A DNA stretch of 62,675 nt, the filler included, from Hausera hauseri (taxonomy: Eukaryota), in assembly GCA_046269625.1 (NCBI GenBank). It is 11 parts of 11 records of this genome, joined end to end, with 100 filler letters (N's around TTAATTAATTAA, not from the genome) between each part and the next. Parts side by side here need not be neighbours in the genome. Positions count along the whole stretch, not along the records: positions 44,493 to 49,046 come from JBJURY010529900.1; positions 49,147 to 53,419 come from JBJURY010664441.1; positions 53,520 to 58,210 come from JBJURY010474132.1; positions 58,311 to 62,675 come from JBJURY010615998.1; 7 more parts are not named here. One strand, given 5' to 3'. This document shows positions 48,531 through 60,389 of this stretch, one piece after another. A program made the translations under genes and the position numbers. Below the pieces are notes generated by a model, which was not told the DNA's origin, made no database searches, and saw nothing but the letters and a program-made list of their open reading frames with translations. Numbering within the stretch: position 1 is the stretch's first letter; each line of letters begins with the position of its first letter.

Positions 48531-49199
48531 TGCGCGTCATAATTAATGCCACACTCCTGCGTGAGTATTGCTCAATTTTTCGCAATGGAGATTACCCATA
48601 GATATTTTTTATATAGCACTTTTATTGTATACTGTTTTTTTTATGGTTTCTTTGTACATTTTTCTTTACACTTTTCTTTCGTGATTTTGTTATATAAGAT
48701 TTTTATGTAATTCATCTGGAATTTATTGGTTTATACTGTTATGTTTTCTTTTTATGAAATTGTGATTTGGAATATTACTAATGTTCAACGATTGGAAATG
48801 TTTGGTTATACAACAGAATACCTCAATTCACAAAATGCGCACCAGAATTCTACTTTAAAATATGGAGTTTCTAATTCGTTCATTTAAAAAAAAATAGAAT
48901 TAAAAACGACCATTCCATAATAATAATTCAAAAATTCGATAGTACTGTCAATATACGTATTCTCCAAGGAAGCGAATAATGTGAAAAAATGTTCGACGAA
49001 AAAACAAAAATAACGCATTTGGAGTATTGAAATGTAACAGAATTTCNNNNNNNNNNNNNNNNNNNNNNNNNNNNNNNNNNNNNNNNNNNNTTAATTAATT
49101 AANNNNNNNNNNNNNNNNNNNNNNNNNNNNNNNNNNNNNNNNNNNNGACGGATCTTTAAATACCCTTTCATAAGAGCTTAGGGATATGTATTTAGAGCA

Positions 49200-52032
49200 T
49201 TGGGGGCTATCCAAACGCATTCGACACTTGGTGCCCACATATCCACATACACATATGTCCATACACCTACCAAAGATCACAACACAAACTGGACCTGTCT
49301 GTCAGACATATTCAACACGCAAACAACACGCTTTAAAATTAACTTTAGCCACCACTTCATTCTTAGACACTGTGAAACAGAGGAACTCCGCTTCTATCAT
49401 GCCAGTTCAAACAATGCAACAGTCTTGGACAAACCGACATTGATAAACAACAAAAATGATTTTAACGATTTTGTCAGGCAGTTAGAAGAGGATGACCCTT
49501 TAAGTTCCGCACATCACAATAGACCAAATTCAAACTACACCATAGAAGCAATTCCAGCCACAAGTTTTTATATTTACCACATGCAGGAATACGCAATAGG
49601 ATGCACGTTAGATGACATACCACAGTACATTACAAACAACAAATGCATCCGCATTTTGCAACACGACTCAAACTCAAAACAGTACACTGACAACTTTTGT
49701 TTTCTTAGGGCTTTAGCTATATTTAGAGGGGCATCAGTTGTTGACAATAGGAAAGCTACACATAAGCTCGTCAAACAGTGGCAAGTTAATCAGAGTATTC
49801 ATTCCTTGGTTGCTTTCCCCGGAGTTACCTTAGTGCAGATACCCGCGTTAGAACAGTTATTTTCCATTAACATTGATGTGTTTGAGTTTGACGATGCACA
49901 AGTCCTTGTCCCAAAACTCCGCGGTAGTGAAAAGTATACTGATACTTTACATCTTTTATTTTTCAAATCCCATTTTATGTACATAACTGATATAGATAGC
50001 GCAGCACATGCCTTCTCATGTCCTAAATGTTGCAAGTTGTGGAAACAATGCTGGTCCGTGACAAAACACGAGAAGATGTGTAAAGGTGGTGCATCGAAAG
50101 AAGTCTTTAAGGGTGGTGTTTATACTCCACCCGAAACAGTTTGGGAAATGATCGCCGATCAAGGGATACACGTTAACACAAACTACGTTTATCCCTATAG
50201 GGCAACATTCGACTACGAATGTTACTTCAAAACAACGATTTACCACCAAACGCCCAAGCGACCAAGTTTCTAGCCAGACACATTCCGCAGTCTTGCTCTG
50301 TGGCTTCAAACGTTCTGGGGTTTATGAACCCCGTCTGTTTTGATTATGAAAGGAGATCCGCAGGAACTGGTCGATCGTATGCTCGCTCATCTGAGCAACA
50401 TTGCAGATGAAGTTTACAAGTTGCTGTTTGTCGAGTTTGAACTCGTAGTCAAACAATTGCTAGAGCTAAAAACTTCCACCCTCGCTGATAGATTTACAGA
50501 GTACTTGCGCGAGCTCCCCGTTATTGGCTTCAATTCAGGCAAATATGACATTAATGTCATAAGGCCCTATCTGATGCAAGCTATCGCCGACCAAGTCGGC
50601 GCTGAAGCCAAGTCAGCCTCGGTTACTTCATCAAAGAAGCCATCGAGTGATTCATTGTCGGCTGAGGAGCCCAAAACCTCTTCAACCGCGGATTCTTTGA
50701 GTGAAACAGATGATTCATTCGGAGAGGTTTTGGTTGAGGAGGCCGACTCTTCCTCCACTGAACCATTCAAATTCGTCGTCAAACGAAACAGTAACTTTAT
50801 GTGTCTATCCACACAAAAGCCCGGGGTTTAGTTATTCGAAATATCTAGCCGCGTATAAGGTGGAAGAAACCAAAGGTTTCTTCTGCTATGAGTACGTAGA
50901 TAGCTTAGCCAAGTTGGAAGAAAATAGTTTCCCTCCCCACTCTGCCCTCCACTCGGCCCTTAAAACGCAAACATTTCTGCCGATGACTACGCTGATTGTC
51001 AGAAAGTTTGGGCCGAAAATGGCATGACCACTCTGAGCTACTCCTTACACCGTTGTTAAAATGGTATTTATTGCAAGGTCTTGAGGTTTCGAAAATCTAC
51101 CAGATTATCGAATACCGCCCACTGGCTTGCTTCAAGATGTTTGGTGTAAGCATCACGGGTGCTCGGAGCAAGGAAGACTTGATGACATGTACTCCATCAC
51201 CAGTGAGACGATGAAATTGTTGGGGAATGCCACTTATGGCAAGACTCTAACGAACAAAGCTAAACACACAAAGGTAGTTTATTGTTCTGGCGAAGCTTCT
51301 TCGCCTCTGGTAAATAATCCTCGGTTTAAAAAGATGACCGAGATTAACGACGATCTTTTTGAGGTCGAGTTGTTTAAGGAAAAAGTAATTTGGGATCTCC
51401 CTCTCCAGATAGGGTTCTTTGTGTACCAGTACGCAAAGTTACGTATGTTAGTATTTTATTACGATTTTATAGACGTTTTTATAGATAGATCAGACTTTCA
51501 GTTGTGCGAAATGGATACTGATAGTCTGTATATGGCCCTTAGTATGGAGTACTTAGCTGATGCAGTCAAACCGTCCGAGAGAAAGAAATTTTATAGTACC
51601 TTTGACTCGTGGTTCCCCAGTAAGGCTTGTTCCTACCATACATCAGAATTTATTTGTAGTGAGGGTAAGGGGGTGGTAGATTGTCAGGCTTGTAGGGATA
51701 GACCATTATTCGATAAACGCACCCTGGGGCTTTTTAAGCTAGAGTACGCCGGTTGAGGGATGATATCCCTCTGTCTCAAAACTTACCTCTGTTATGGCGA
51801 CCACGATAAAATTAGTACAAAAGGATTATCAAAGAGTCACAACATTTTAGATAAGGAACAGTTTATGTCAGTGTTAGAAAAAGAACAACCACAGGGATGG
51901 ACAAACATCGGGTTCAAATTAGACAAAACAGACATTTACACTTACACACAACATAGAAATTCACTTTCCTATTTGTACATTAAAAGACAGGTCCAGGAAG
52001 ATAAAGTTAGTATAATTCCATTAGAAATTTAG
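49200..52032 (+). pseudogene. Polinton-like pPolB of a different clade, decayed with deletions
   Basis: FDYEC, VIGFNSGKYDINVI, KGFF.YEY, KLLGN..YGK, QIGFFVYQYAKLRML.FYYDF, EMDTDSLY and DKRT.GLFKLE. Confidence 0.9.
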
Positions 52033-52389
52033 ACACTAGTCCTGATAGCCCCCTCTCTTAGTGTATATACTGTAGATATTGTAAAGTTTGTACATTTTTT
52101 TTTCTACGCTTGTAAATAGGTTCAAATGTTTATCTTGAAAATTTGATATCGTTGCAGTATTTTGTATATACGTTCAAATGTATATTTTGTATATATGTTC
52201 AAAGTACATTTTGTAAATATGTGCAAAGGTTGCAGTTTGTTGTTTTGCGTTATATGACATGTAAAATAAAAAGGAAAATAAAATCTTTTTCAATGTATAC
52301 AATTATATGCGTCTGTTGATTATGTTGTTGTAAATGTTAGAACGTTGTTTATGTGTTCGTAAAGGTTTAATGTTGAAGATGTATATTCT

Positions 52390-53419
52390 CTCTCTTTCTC
52401 TCTCTCTTTCTTTCGTTTTGTTTGTCTGTCTGTCTTTCACTCTACAACTGAAAGTTTGTCTCTCTTTTAGCTCTACGACTGAAGGTCTTGATCAGTGTTT
52501 GTCTCTCTCTTTCTCTCTTTCATCCTTACGCTCTATGACTGAAGGTCTTGATCATTGTAAAGTCTCTTTCTGTTTGTCTTTCGTCTGTGATGACAAGCGG
52601 GTCTTGATCACGTCAGTGATGATGGATTCCTACAGCGTCGGAAAGTCACTAGTTGTTATGGACACTGGTTTCTACAGCTTTGGAAGGTTTCTATAGGCTT
52701 ACAGCTCAAAGCTCCTATGCTCCATCTGTCTGTTTGTCTTTCTTCCACTCTTTCTCTTGCTTTCTGTTTGTCTGTCTGTGTGTTGGTCAGTCTGTCTCTC
52801 TCTTACGCTCTACCACTGAAGGTTTTGCTCTTTCTTTCTTTCATCCTTATGCTCTACGACTGAAGGTCTTGATCACTGAAGTGATAATGGTTTGTCTCTC
52901 TTTCTTTCTGTTTGTCTTCTGCTCTACGACTGAAGGTTTTGCTCTGTCTCTCTTTCTTTCTGCTTGTCTCTCTCTTGCCTATGATGAGATACAGCTCCCA
53001 TGCTCCACAGAGGGATGCTACAATAATTACAAGGCTTGATTGACTGTGAATGTACAAGGCTCAAACAGCCGGTCCCGATCAGAGCTCCTCTGCTCCATCG
53101 TTGCGGTTCCACCAAGCTCCCATGCTCCACCAGCCTCATAAAGCCCGATTCGGAAGGTCTTGGGCCGTAGTGATGATGGACACTGGATTCCTTCCTACAA
53201 AGTCTCATTAGTGGGAATGGACCACTTTCAGACCCAAAGTCTCACTAGGGGTGATGGATACTGGTTCCTACAGCTTTAAAAGGTTTCTATACGCTTACAG
53301 CTCAAAGCTCCCATGCTCCTCCAAGCTCCTCTGCTCCCATGCTCCCTTCGTCAGAAGGTCTTGATCACTAGTGGTAATGGCCACTGATTTCAGCTACAAA
53401 GTCTCACTAGTTGTTATGG
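52390..53419. repeat. Complex pyrimidine-rich repeat array (CTCTAC/TGACTGAAGGTCTTGATCA units) plus longer direct repeat (~52660 and ~53255)
   Basis: At least 7 copies of the CTGAAGG(TC/T)TTG core interleaved with CT/GT microsatellite. GGA.ACTGGTT.CTACAGCTTT..AAGGTTTCTATA.GCTTACAGCTCAAAGCTCC occurs twice. Confidence 0.85.
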
Positions 53420-53625
53420 NNNNNNNNNNNNNNNNNNNNNNNNNNNNNNNNNNNNNNNNNNNNTTAATTAATTAANNNNNNNNNNNNNNNNNNNNNNNNN
53501 NNNNNNNNNNNNNNNNNNNAGCATAAAGTTCACCGAAAGGATCCAAATGAACGAGCTGCTGAAATTCAAGAAAGGCATGATAGTGCTGTTTTAGAGTGAC
53601 TGAATTCGGTTTTAATTTCATTGCA

Positions 53626-54090
53626 TGGTTTGACAACAAGGTGTGGACAAAAATCATCAACTGTTTGATACCAAGCACAAGGAAAAATGAGATGTGGAGA
53701 GACATGATCACCAATGTCATTAGGCAGGGCACTTAAAGATGATGATGATGGTGGTAATGATGATGCTGTTGTTTCATTACATGGTTTGACAACAAGGTAT
53801 GAGCAAAAATCATCAACTGTGTTGATATATGCACAAGGAAAAGGAAATGTGGAAAGACATGATCACCAATGCCATTAGGCATGGCACTTGATGATGATGA
53901 CTATGATGCTGTTGTAGTCGGATTAGATGTTTGACAACAAAGTGTAGACAAAAATCATCAACTCTGTTGATACCAAGCACAAGGAAAAAGAGATGTGGGG
54001 AGGCATGACCACCAATGCCATTAGGCAGGGCACTTGATGATACTGATGATAATGCTAATGATGTTATTGCTGATGATGATTGTGATGCTG
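53626..54090. repeat. Tandem satellite, about 3 units of ~150 bp with (GAT)n spacers
   Basis: GTTTGACAACAA...AAAATCATCAACT...GCACAAGGAAAA...CATGA.CACCAATG.CATTAGGCA.GGCACTT repeated three times. Confidence 0.9.
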
Positions 54091-54253
54091 CCTCATGGCA
54101 GAAATATAACAAAAGCGATTCTCTTATTTTTTTTTAACGTCGACAAAATGAGGTTTGTTTGTTCGTTACTTCCAATAAAACACTTAAAATCCATTACATA
54201 TAGACGGCTCGCGTGACGTCACGAGGCAATATGGCTGCCAGCACTCAGGACTT

Positions 54254-55185
54254 CTAAACTAGAGAAGGCTGTGCAAGTGGTATATCCATTGCCATTATCA
54301 GTTGCCCTGTTCGAATATGTGTTTTGGTTTTTATCTTCTTGTAGTAATCTATTAGATGTTCTTCTATGTCGATCGGCATCTTCAGTTTCGACGGGATGTT
54401 CTGCTGGATGCCTTCTAAGATCTTCCTGAGCTCTGCTGGACTTATTTCATTTACATTCAATCGGCGTAAGGTCGTAAGGCTGATGACGTCTTCAATGTTG
54501 TTCACGATTCTTTCGATTCTTCGCACTAATTCCTTACATCTTTCCTCTACCGACATTGTCATCCTTAATACATTGATCATAACTTCTAGCTTGAACGTGA
54601 TGCTTTCCGCATTCACTTCCATGGCTTGCTTATACTTCTCGATTCTTGAAATTTGTTCTGCATATTCATTCAGTTTCCTTCTCTTTTTGCTAATTTCTCG
54701 GCGTGATATGTTAATCGCTGAAATACTTTTTTCCATTACATGTTTCATCATTTCTAGGTTTCCATTGATTGTGTGGATGCTTTTCTTGACGTTTTGGACT
54801 TCGTCGTCTTTTGCCGGACCAAATAGTGATTCAAGAATGTCTCTGATGAACGGTAATAATGCTCTCTTTTCTCTTCTTCCAATAATCGACTTCAATCTTT
54901 CTTGCATGGCATAAGGTTCTTTCTGCTATAATCTAATTTCTTGTTCTGATTCTGCCATCATGTTCGGAAAATATGTGGCATTAGGTAACTTCTTATTCTT
55001 TCTGTTTTTCTACGTCTACCATTTGGACTTGGAGATTTTCTAATGTACACTATGATCATCTTCCAGTGAGCCTTTACTTCGTATATTTCCTTGATCTTCG
55101 TAAAGACTGTATTTTCTCTTCGGAATACTTCATCGCTGGCTTGCTTCAGTTTGACGATTATCCAGATTATTATGTATATAAGTCA
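54254..55185 (-). pseudogene. Env-like class I fusion protein (baculovirus F/errantivirus type), truncated
   Basis: Hydrophobic signal-like LIYIIIWIIV, then VFTKIKEIY...HWKMII, furin site plus fusion peptide RREKR|ALLPFI.DIL..LFG....D, heptad repeats and LN.NEISP.EL..IL..I. Confidence 0.8.
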
Positions 55186-55636
55186 ATCGACTGTTCGCTA
55201 TGGAAGTATATAATTCTCGATTCTACTTTAATAACTTCAGCATCGTTGGTAATAACAATTCCATAACTCTCCCTTCTTTTCTCTCTCCTTCCTCTACTCC
55301 AGCTACTTCTTTTTGCTTACTTTTTCTGGTTCTGTGCCTCTCTTGTCCTTTCCTCCTCTATCCTCGCTTTGTATTTTTCTGACATTCATATTATTTCGCC
55401 TGGTTGGCATTGGATTTCTCCCATATTTTGCAGCTCATAGCTTTTGTAATCGACCTTTGACGTTTGGTCTTTTTTAGAAGACTGCTTCTTCCTAAGTTCT
55501 ATCCGACACCGTCTAACAGCCTCGTCTGCCGCCATAATTCATCTCTGGATTGCTGTTTGTTTCTCATCATCTGTCCGTTGTTCGCCACAACTTTCGTCTG
55601 TTGTCTCATGACTCTCAATATTACCTCTAGGTACCA

Positions 55637-56747
55637 CTAAGTTTCTGGCCTGCTGCTCCGCTTTAGCATTTCATCTTCATGATATTTCTCCAATTTGCGA
55701 TATGCTGCTTCCTTCTGTTCTAGACTGCTTTTGAGGTACTCAATGGTCTTAGTCATCTTGCTGAGTTCTTCGAGGTTATGATCATCTATTTCGCTTTGTT
55801 CGTCTCTTTGTTTCTTTAGTAGGGAACACTTCTTCTTCCATTTGTTGGATTCTTCGGTTAAATGTTTATTCCTTTCAGATAATTCCTCAGTCTTCTCTTT
55901 CATTTCTTTTCGTAATTCGTTTATCATTATCATTTGCCTCGTATTCTCGTCCTCCAGTCGTTTCGCCTGCTCTTCCACTTCTTGTAACTGTTTTTCTTTA
56001 TCATTCATTCTTGCACATATGTCATTTACTACAGCTTCTGTCTTTCCTTTTTCAATTTCTAGCTTCCTTCTTACTTCTTCTGCTTGTTTAGCGTATCTTT
56101 TTCTTAAGGCTGCTTGTCTTTACACGAGGTTTATCTTCAGTGGAAGTGTCAGATTCCCTGTTCCTTTTAATATTTCTTGCCATTGGCTGCATTTCCGCGG
56201 TTTCGGTTTCTGTGTCTTTAACTACCATGTCTGAGGTGTCTTCTTCCCTATAACTATCTTCTTGTTGTTCTTCTTGTAATTTTTGGTCATCTCTCTTCGT
56301 TTGTTCTTCTACTTGTCTTCTTCCTCTATCTTCTAGTTCTGCCTGTCTATTCAGTCTATGAATGGTACACTGAAGCTTACTCAATCGCCGTTCCATGTTT
56401 CTGATAGTGGCTTCTTGTCTACTGATCATTTCTTTGACTTCATAACTTTTAGCTCTTTTATTCTTATCTCTATGTTTCTTTCCAGGTCTCTTTCTCTGTT
56501 GACCTCTGAACATCTCGCAAGCTCCAACTAAGTAGGGTCGTTCTTGTTGTCTACTGCTGTCATTGACATATGAACTCTCCTGTGTTCTGCCCTTTTGATT
56601 GGCTTCGCTGTATGTTTTCCTGACCTTGACTACTTGTCCGCAATGTTGGCATCTTTCCAAATGTAGAGCGAGGACTTGTTTTGTTCTCCCCTTGTTACTC
56701 ACATTAATCCTTCTTGGGTTTTGCTGCTCATTTGAAGACAAGCTCAA
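55637..56747 (-). pseudogene. Coiled-coil/basic region between gag and env
   Basis: E/K/Q-rich heptad-like ORFs 56088-56747 and 55637-56008. Confidence 0.55.
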
Positions 56748-56802
56748 GAAGCCGGGGTTTCTGGGGTGGGATTGTTGCCTTCTGGCATATGGGGAATGGG
56801 TG

Positions 56803-58097
56803 TTAACTTCTTTCTTCTTGTAGGGAGTGGGTGGGAACCATTGTTGGGGTTTGTCTTCCGTTCTTGTGTCCTGCTTGCTTTCTCTTCTTTAATTCACCTT
56901 GCTTGCTGCTTCTGTAGTGCTTCGCCCTTTCTTGTACGGCCCCTATTATTCGTCTACTCTGCACCAAGTTCACTTGACTTCTAATTTCTCTTCTCTCATT
57001 TGTTTCACTTGCCCTGCATACTCTGGCAAAGTGTCCTTCCTTGCCACATTTGAAACATTGTCCACTATTTCCTGTCTGCTGTCTAAAATTGTTTGTATTT
57101 GTGGTTTTGTTCCTGCATTCTCTAGCCATATGTCCAACCTTTCCGCACTTGAAACATTGTATTCTCTTCTCAACTTTGTGAATCGCTTTCCGGTCTTCAT
57201 GTCTCCTGTCTCTGTATCGTTCAGGTTCTTGGGATCTTCTTTGCCACTTAGGTCGGCATTGGTCAACTTCCATCTGCTCTTCACTTCTGTCATCATATTT
57301 CTCTCTTCCTAACCTCATGTTGACTCTTTTGGTGAAGTTTTCTTCTTCAACTGCTATTTGTATGGCAGCTTGGATTGTCTTTGGCTCATCCTTCATCAAC
57401 TTGATCTTAATTTGAGTGTTTCTCAAACCGTCTGTGAATATTGGGATTAGCAGCTTCCCTATCTCTTCCGTCATTATGTTTTGGCCTGCGTAGGCCTCCT
57501 TGGCCATGTTCAACATCCAGTCTCCATAGAGTTGAACTGCTTCCTCTCTTGTTTGATCTTCCTTAATGCATCAACGACATAATGCATATCGCTGACTTCG
57601 GCGTACCTATTAGCCAATGTCTTTTTGAATTCCTCCCTTGTTTCTTCAGGGTGCGATGTAAATCTTCTTCTGATAAAATCATTCGCCAGCGCATCGGAAG
57701 TCATATAGGCTAGCTCTTTCTTTTCTTCCTCCATAGCCTTGACCACATAGGCGTACTTTTCTATCTGTGAGATCCAAGTTTTGAATGTCTTGGTCTCTCT
57801 CCCACTGAATGGTTGAACAAATGTTCTTATGTTCTGGTGCTTGCTGTTCATATCTACTTTGGTCACCATCGTTTCAATTTTATCTAATGCCTTTCTAACT
57901 GGGTCTTCTTTACCCAAACCTGACTTTATCTGGTAAAGTTTCCCTTCCTTAACCGGGGTCTGGCTTCCCGCTTGCAAACTTTCCCACATTTTCCTCATTT
58001 CTTCATATGCGGCTCTCATGGTTCCATACTCCGCCATCATCGCGTCTAGTTGCTGTTGTGGCACCACCAACATTTGCACCGATGGTGTTTCTGTCAT
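56803..58097 (-). pseudogene. Gypsy-type gag with two CCHC knuckles
   Basis: PFSG....FKTWI.QIEKY, FTDGLRN.QIK.KL....PKT...AI.IA, EQMEVD, CFKCGKVGHMAREC and CFKCGKEGHFARVC. One frameshift near 57513. Confidence 0.9.
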
Positions 58098-58310
58098 TTT
58101 CTCTTCTACACTGTTCCTTAAGTCTATTATAAATTTATCGTAATCAGTGTTTATAATTCTAAAATACGTTACTATATCAGCTGTACCTGCTTCTCAATGT
58201 TACTATAGATNNNNNNNNNNNNNNNNNNNNNNNNNNNNNNNNNNNNNNNNNNNNTTAATTAATTAANNNNNNNNNNNNNNNNNNNNNNNNNNNNNNNNNN
58301 NNNNNNNNNN

Positions 58311-58870
58311 TACCACCGCTTAGCTTCAAAAGGGACACTAAAACCTTGTTGCAAGCAGCAAAGTTTCAACATAACAATATACATTCCATGAGAGCAAGAC
58401 TTGGAGACTAGGCCAGTGGACGGCTGAAACGAAGTAGTTTTATTCATCGATCAAAAACATTAATAAGAATGTACAATGTTGAACTATTAAGTACATCCAC
58501 ACCAGAAATGTCTACTTCTTTATCTAAACCATGGGGGTAACCCCTTGACAACACTGTTATCTGTTATCAACACTACTACAAAAGATTACCACACTAGAGA
58601 ATGTATAAATGAGCTGCAGAAATAAACTAGTGCCTGCAGCATGATTGATGAGAAGTTCCCATCAGAGTTTTGGATTCATGTCTATACAGATGGCTCAGGA
58701 GCCAGATCAGTTAACGATAGAAGCGCAAGGGTACACATATGGTACTCAGATAGAGATACTACAACCAGTCAGACCCCTAATGGACCATACTGATCTAACT
58801 ACGTTACTGAGGTACACGCTCTTCAGAAAGCAGCTGAAATGATTAAGCGATCAAAGAGCATGTGAGCAGT
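58311..58870 (+). pseudogene. Non-LTR retrotransposon (I/Ingi-like) C-terminal region with RNase H
   Basis: RLKRSSFIH, WIHVYTDGS and SNY.TEV.AL..AA. Confidence 0.75.
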
Positions 58871-59224
58871 ATGTGGTGCGCGGTACAATTATTAAAAAAA
58901 GGGGAACGGTGCAGCCAGTCAGAGCAGCGGCACAACAGCTCATACGGTGGATTGAGAGCAGCTTTAGAGGCGGTGAGGAGCGCTGGAGTGGCTTAGCGGG
59001 GTTGTGTGTATGTAGGCCGTGTTCTGCATGTTATTTCCTTGAAGTCATCAGACCTACGCTCCCTCATCATGGAAAGGCTCTTATGATAAGTGGCAGCCAT
59101 GAAATATGCACAGCCTGCCCTAGCTGCCTGACTCGTTTCACAGAGCGTTGCTTTGCATTCCCGTCCGTTCCCTCCATCTTGTCCTTGTACCGCTTCTCCC
59201 GGTCTAACCTCTTTCCTCCCTCAT

Positions 59225-59330
59225 TTCCAGTCATTATTTCCAGCCATTATTTACAGCCATTATTTCCAGTCATTATTACTAGCCATTATTTCCAGTCTAT
59301 ATTACCAGCCATTATTTAAAGTCATTATTA
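59225..59330. repeat. Minisatellite, ~12-13-bp unit (CAGCCATTATTTC)
   Basis: About 8 tandem imperfect copies. Confidence 0.9.
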
Positions 59331-59912
59331 TGTATTTCAAATTTGTTTACATTTAGGACCAATTAAGTTTTGCATTTACTATGTTGAAACATTGCTACAA
59401 TATTGCATTATATTTATCGATTTTAAGTTTCAAACTTATCGATTTTAAGTTTTAAATTTACCGATTTTCGAATATTCCAGTTTTCGAATACTCGACTCGT
59501 GAACTTGTATTCGAATAACTAACATCATATTCTGATTCTCCATGTATGGTTTCCTATCTTTATACGCTTAAAGATTTTACGATTTTTGATTTGTTGGAGC
59601 ACCAACTTTTCGAATAGATATTATTCGAAAACCAATTAACTGATTTAAAAACAGTTTGCACAGTTATAGAGATCACCGTTTTCTTGAACGATTTTATTTG
59701 TTCTTAAATTCGAATTATCGATGTTGGAGTTATCGGGAAACAAATATTATTGATTTTAACCTATTTTGAATTGTGCACCGAATATTTCAAGTGCACAGAT
59801 AGATGCACACACATTAGAACTATCGATTAGTATTTTCACCTGATCGATTTATGATTGGTTTATCGATTTATCAAAAATCAATGTATCAAGTTCTACGCTT
59901 ATTCGATTGTCG

Positions 59913-59941
59913 GTTGCCATAGAAACAGTTACCATGTCAAC
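59913..59941 (+). promoter_or_regulatory. Two tandem RFX X-box motifs
   Basis: GTTGCCATAGAAAC (59913-59926) and GTTACCATGTCAAC (59928-59941), versus consensus GTTGCCATGGCAAC. ATG at 59963. Confidence 0.65.
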
Positions 59942-60389
59942 GACCACCGGGTGAAGGTTATCATGACTACGGTGTTAAATCAATATATTGATGTTCCTGG
60001 GATACGGTAATCTCACCGGATTGGTGGAGGACATCCATTTCCCTCCTACTTGTCGAAAAAATTAAAAGTTAGAATATAGAAATGGAATAATGGGAAAATG
60101 TTTCCCTCTGGTCCCGGTAGTAAATGTGCAAAATATGATTAAATCTCATTGATGTTTTCCCTCTCCGCAAGAGTACCCAAATTTTCAAAACCATCTCAAT
60201 TTTCGAACAAAATTCAAGTTTTACATAAGTTAAAAGCCTTATTTTAAAAGTTCTAAGACGGTACTTCTGTATTTCTTTTCTACGCTATAACACGAAATTA
60301 CATATTTTATGAACGAAAACAGACGAACTGAGCGTTATTTAATATTTAATGTATAGATTATCAATAGCATATATAGAATCGATCTCTGC

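Noticed and set aside
52390-53419. CRISPR-like array (conserved core plus variable spacers)
   Set aside because: Spacers are low-complexity and mutually similar, spacing is irregular, there are no cas genes, and the context is eukaryotic.
57500-57530. Programmed frameshift in gag
   Set aside because: It falls mid-capsid domain with no clear slippery heptamer; more likely a decay indel.
5862-58310. Recurring TTAATTAATTAA palindrome as a biological repeat, and gene neighbourhoods across it
   Set aside because: Always centred in 44+44 Ns, so it is an artificial joining linker. ORFs with X-runs crossing it are artefacts.
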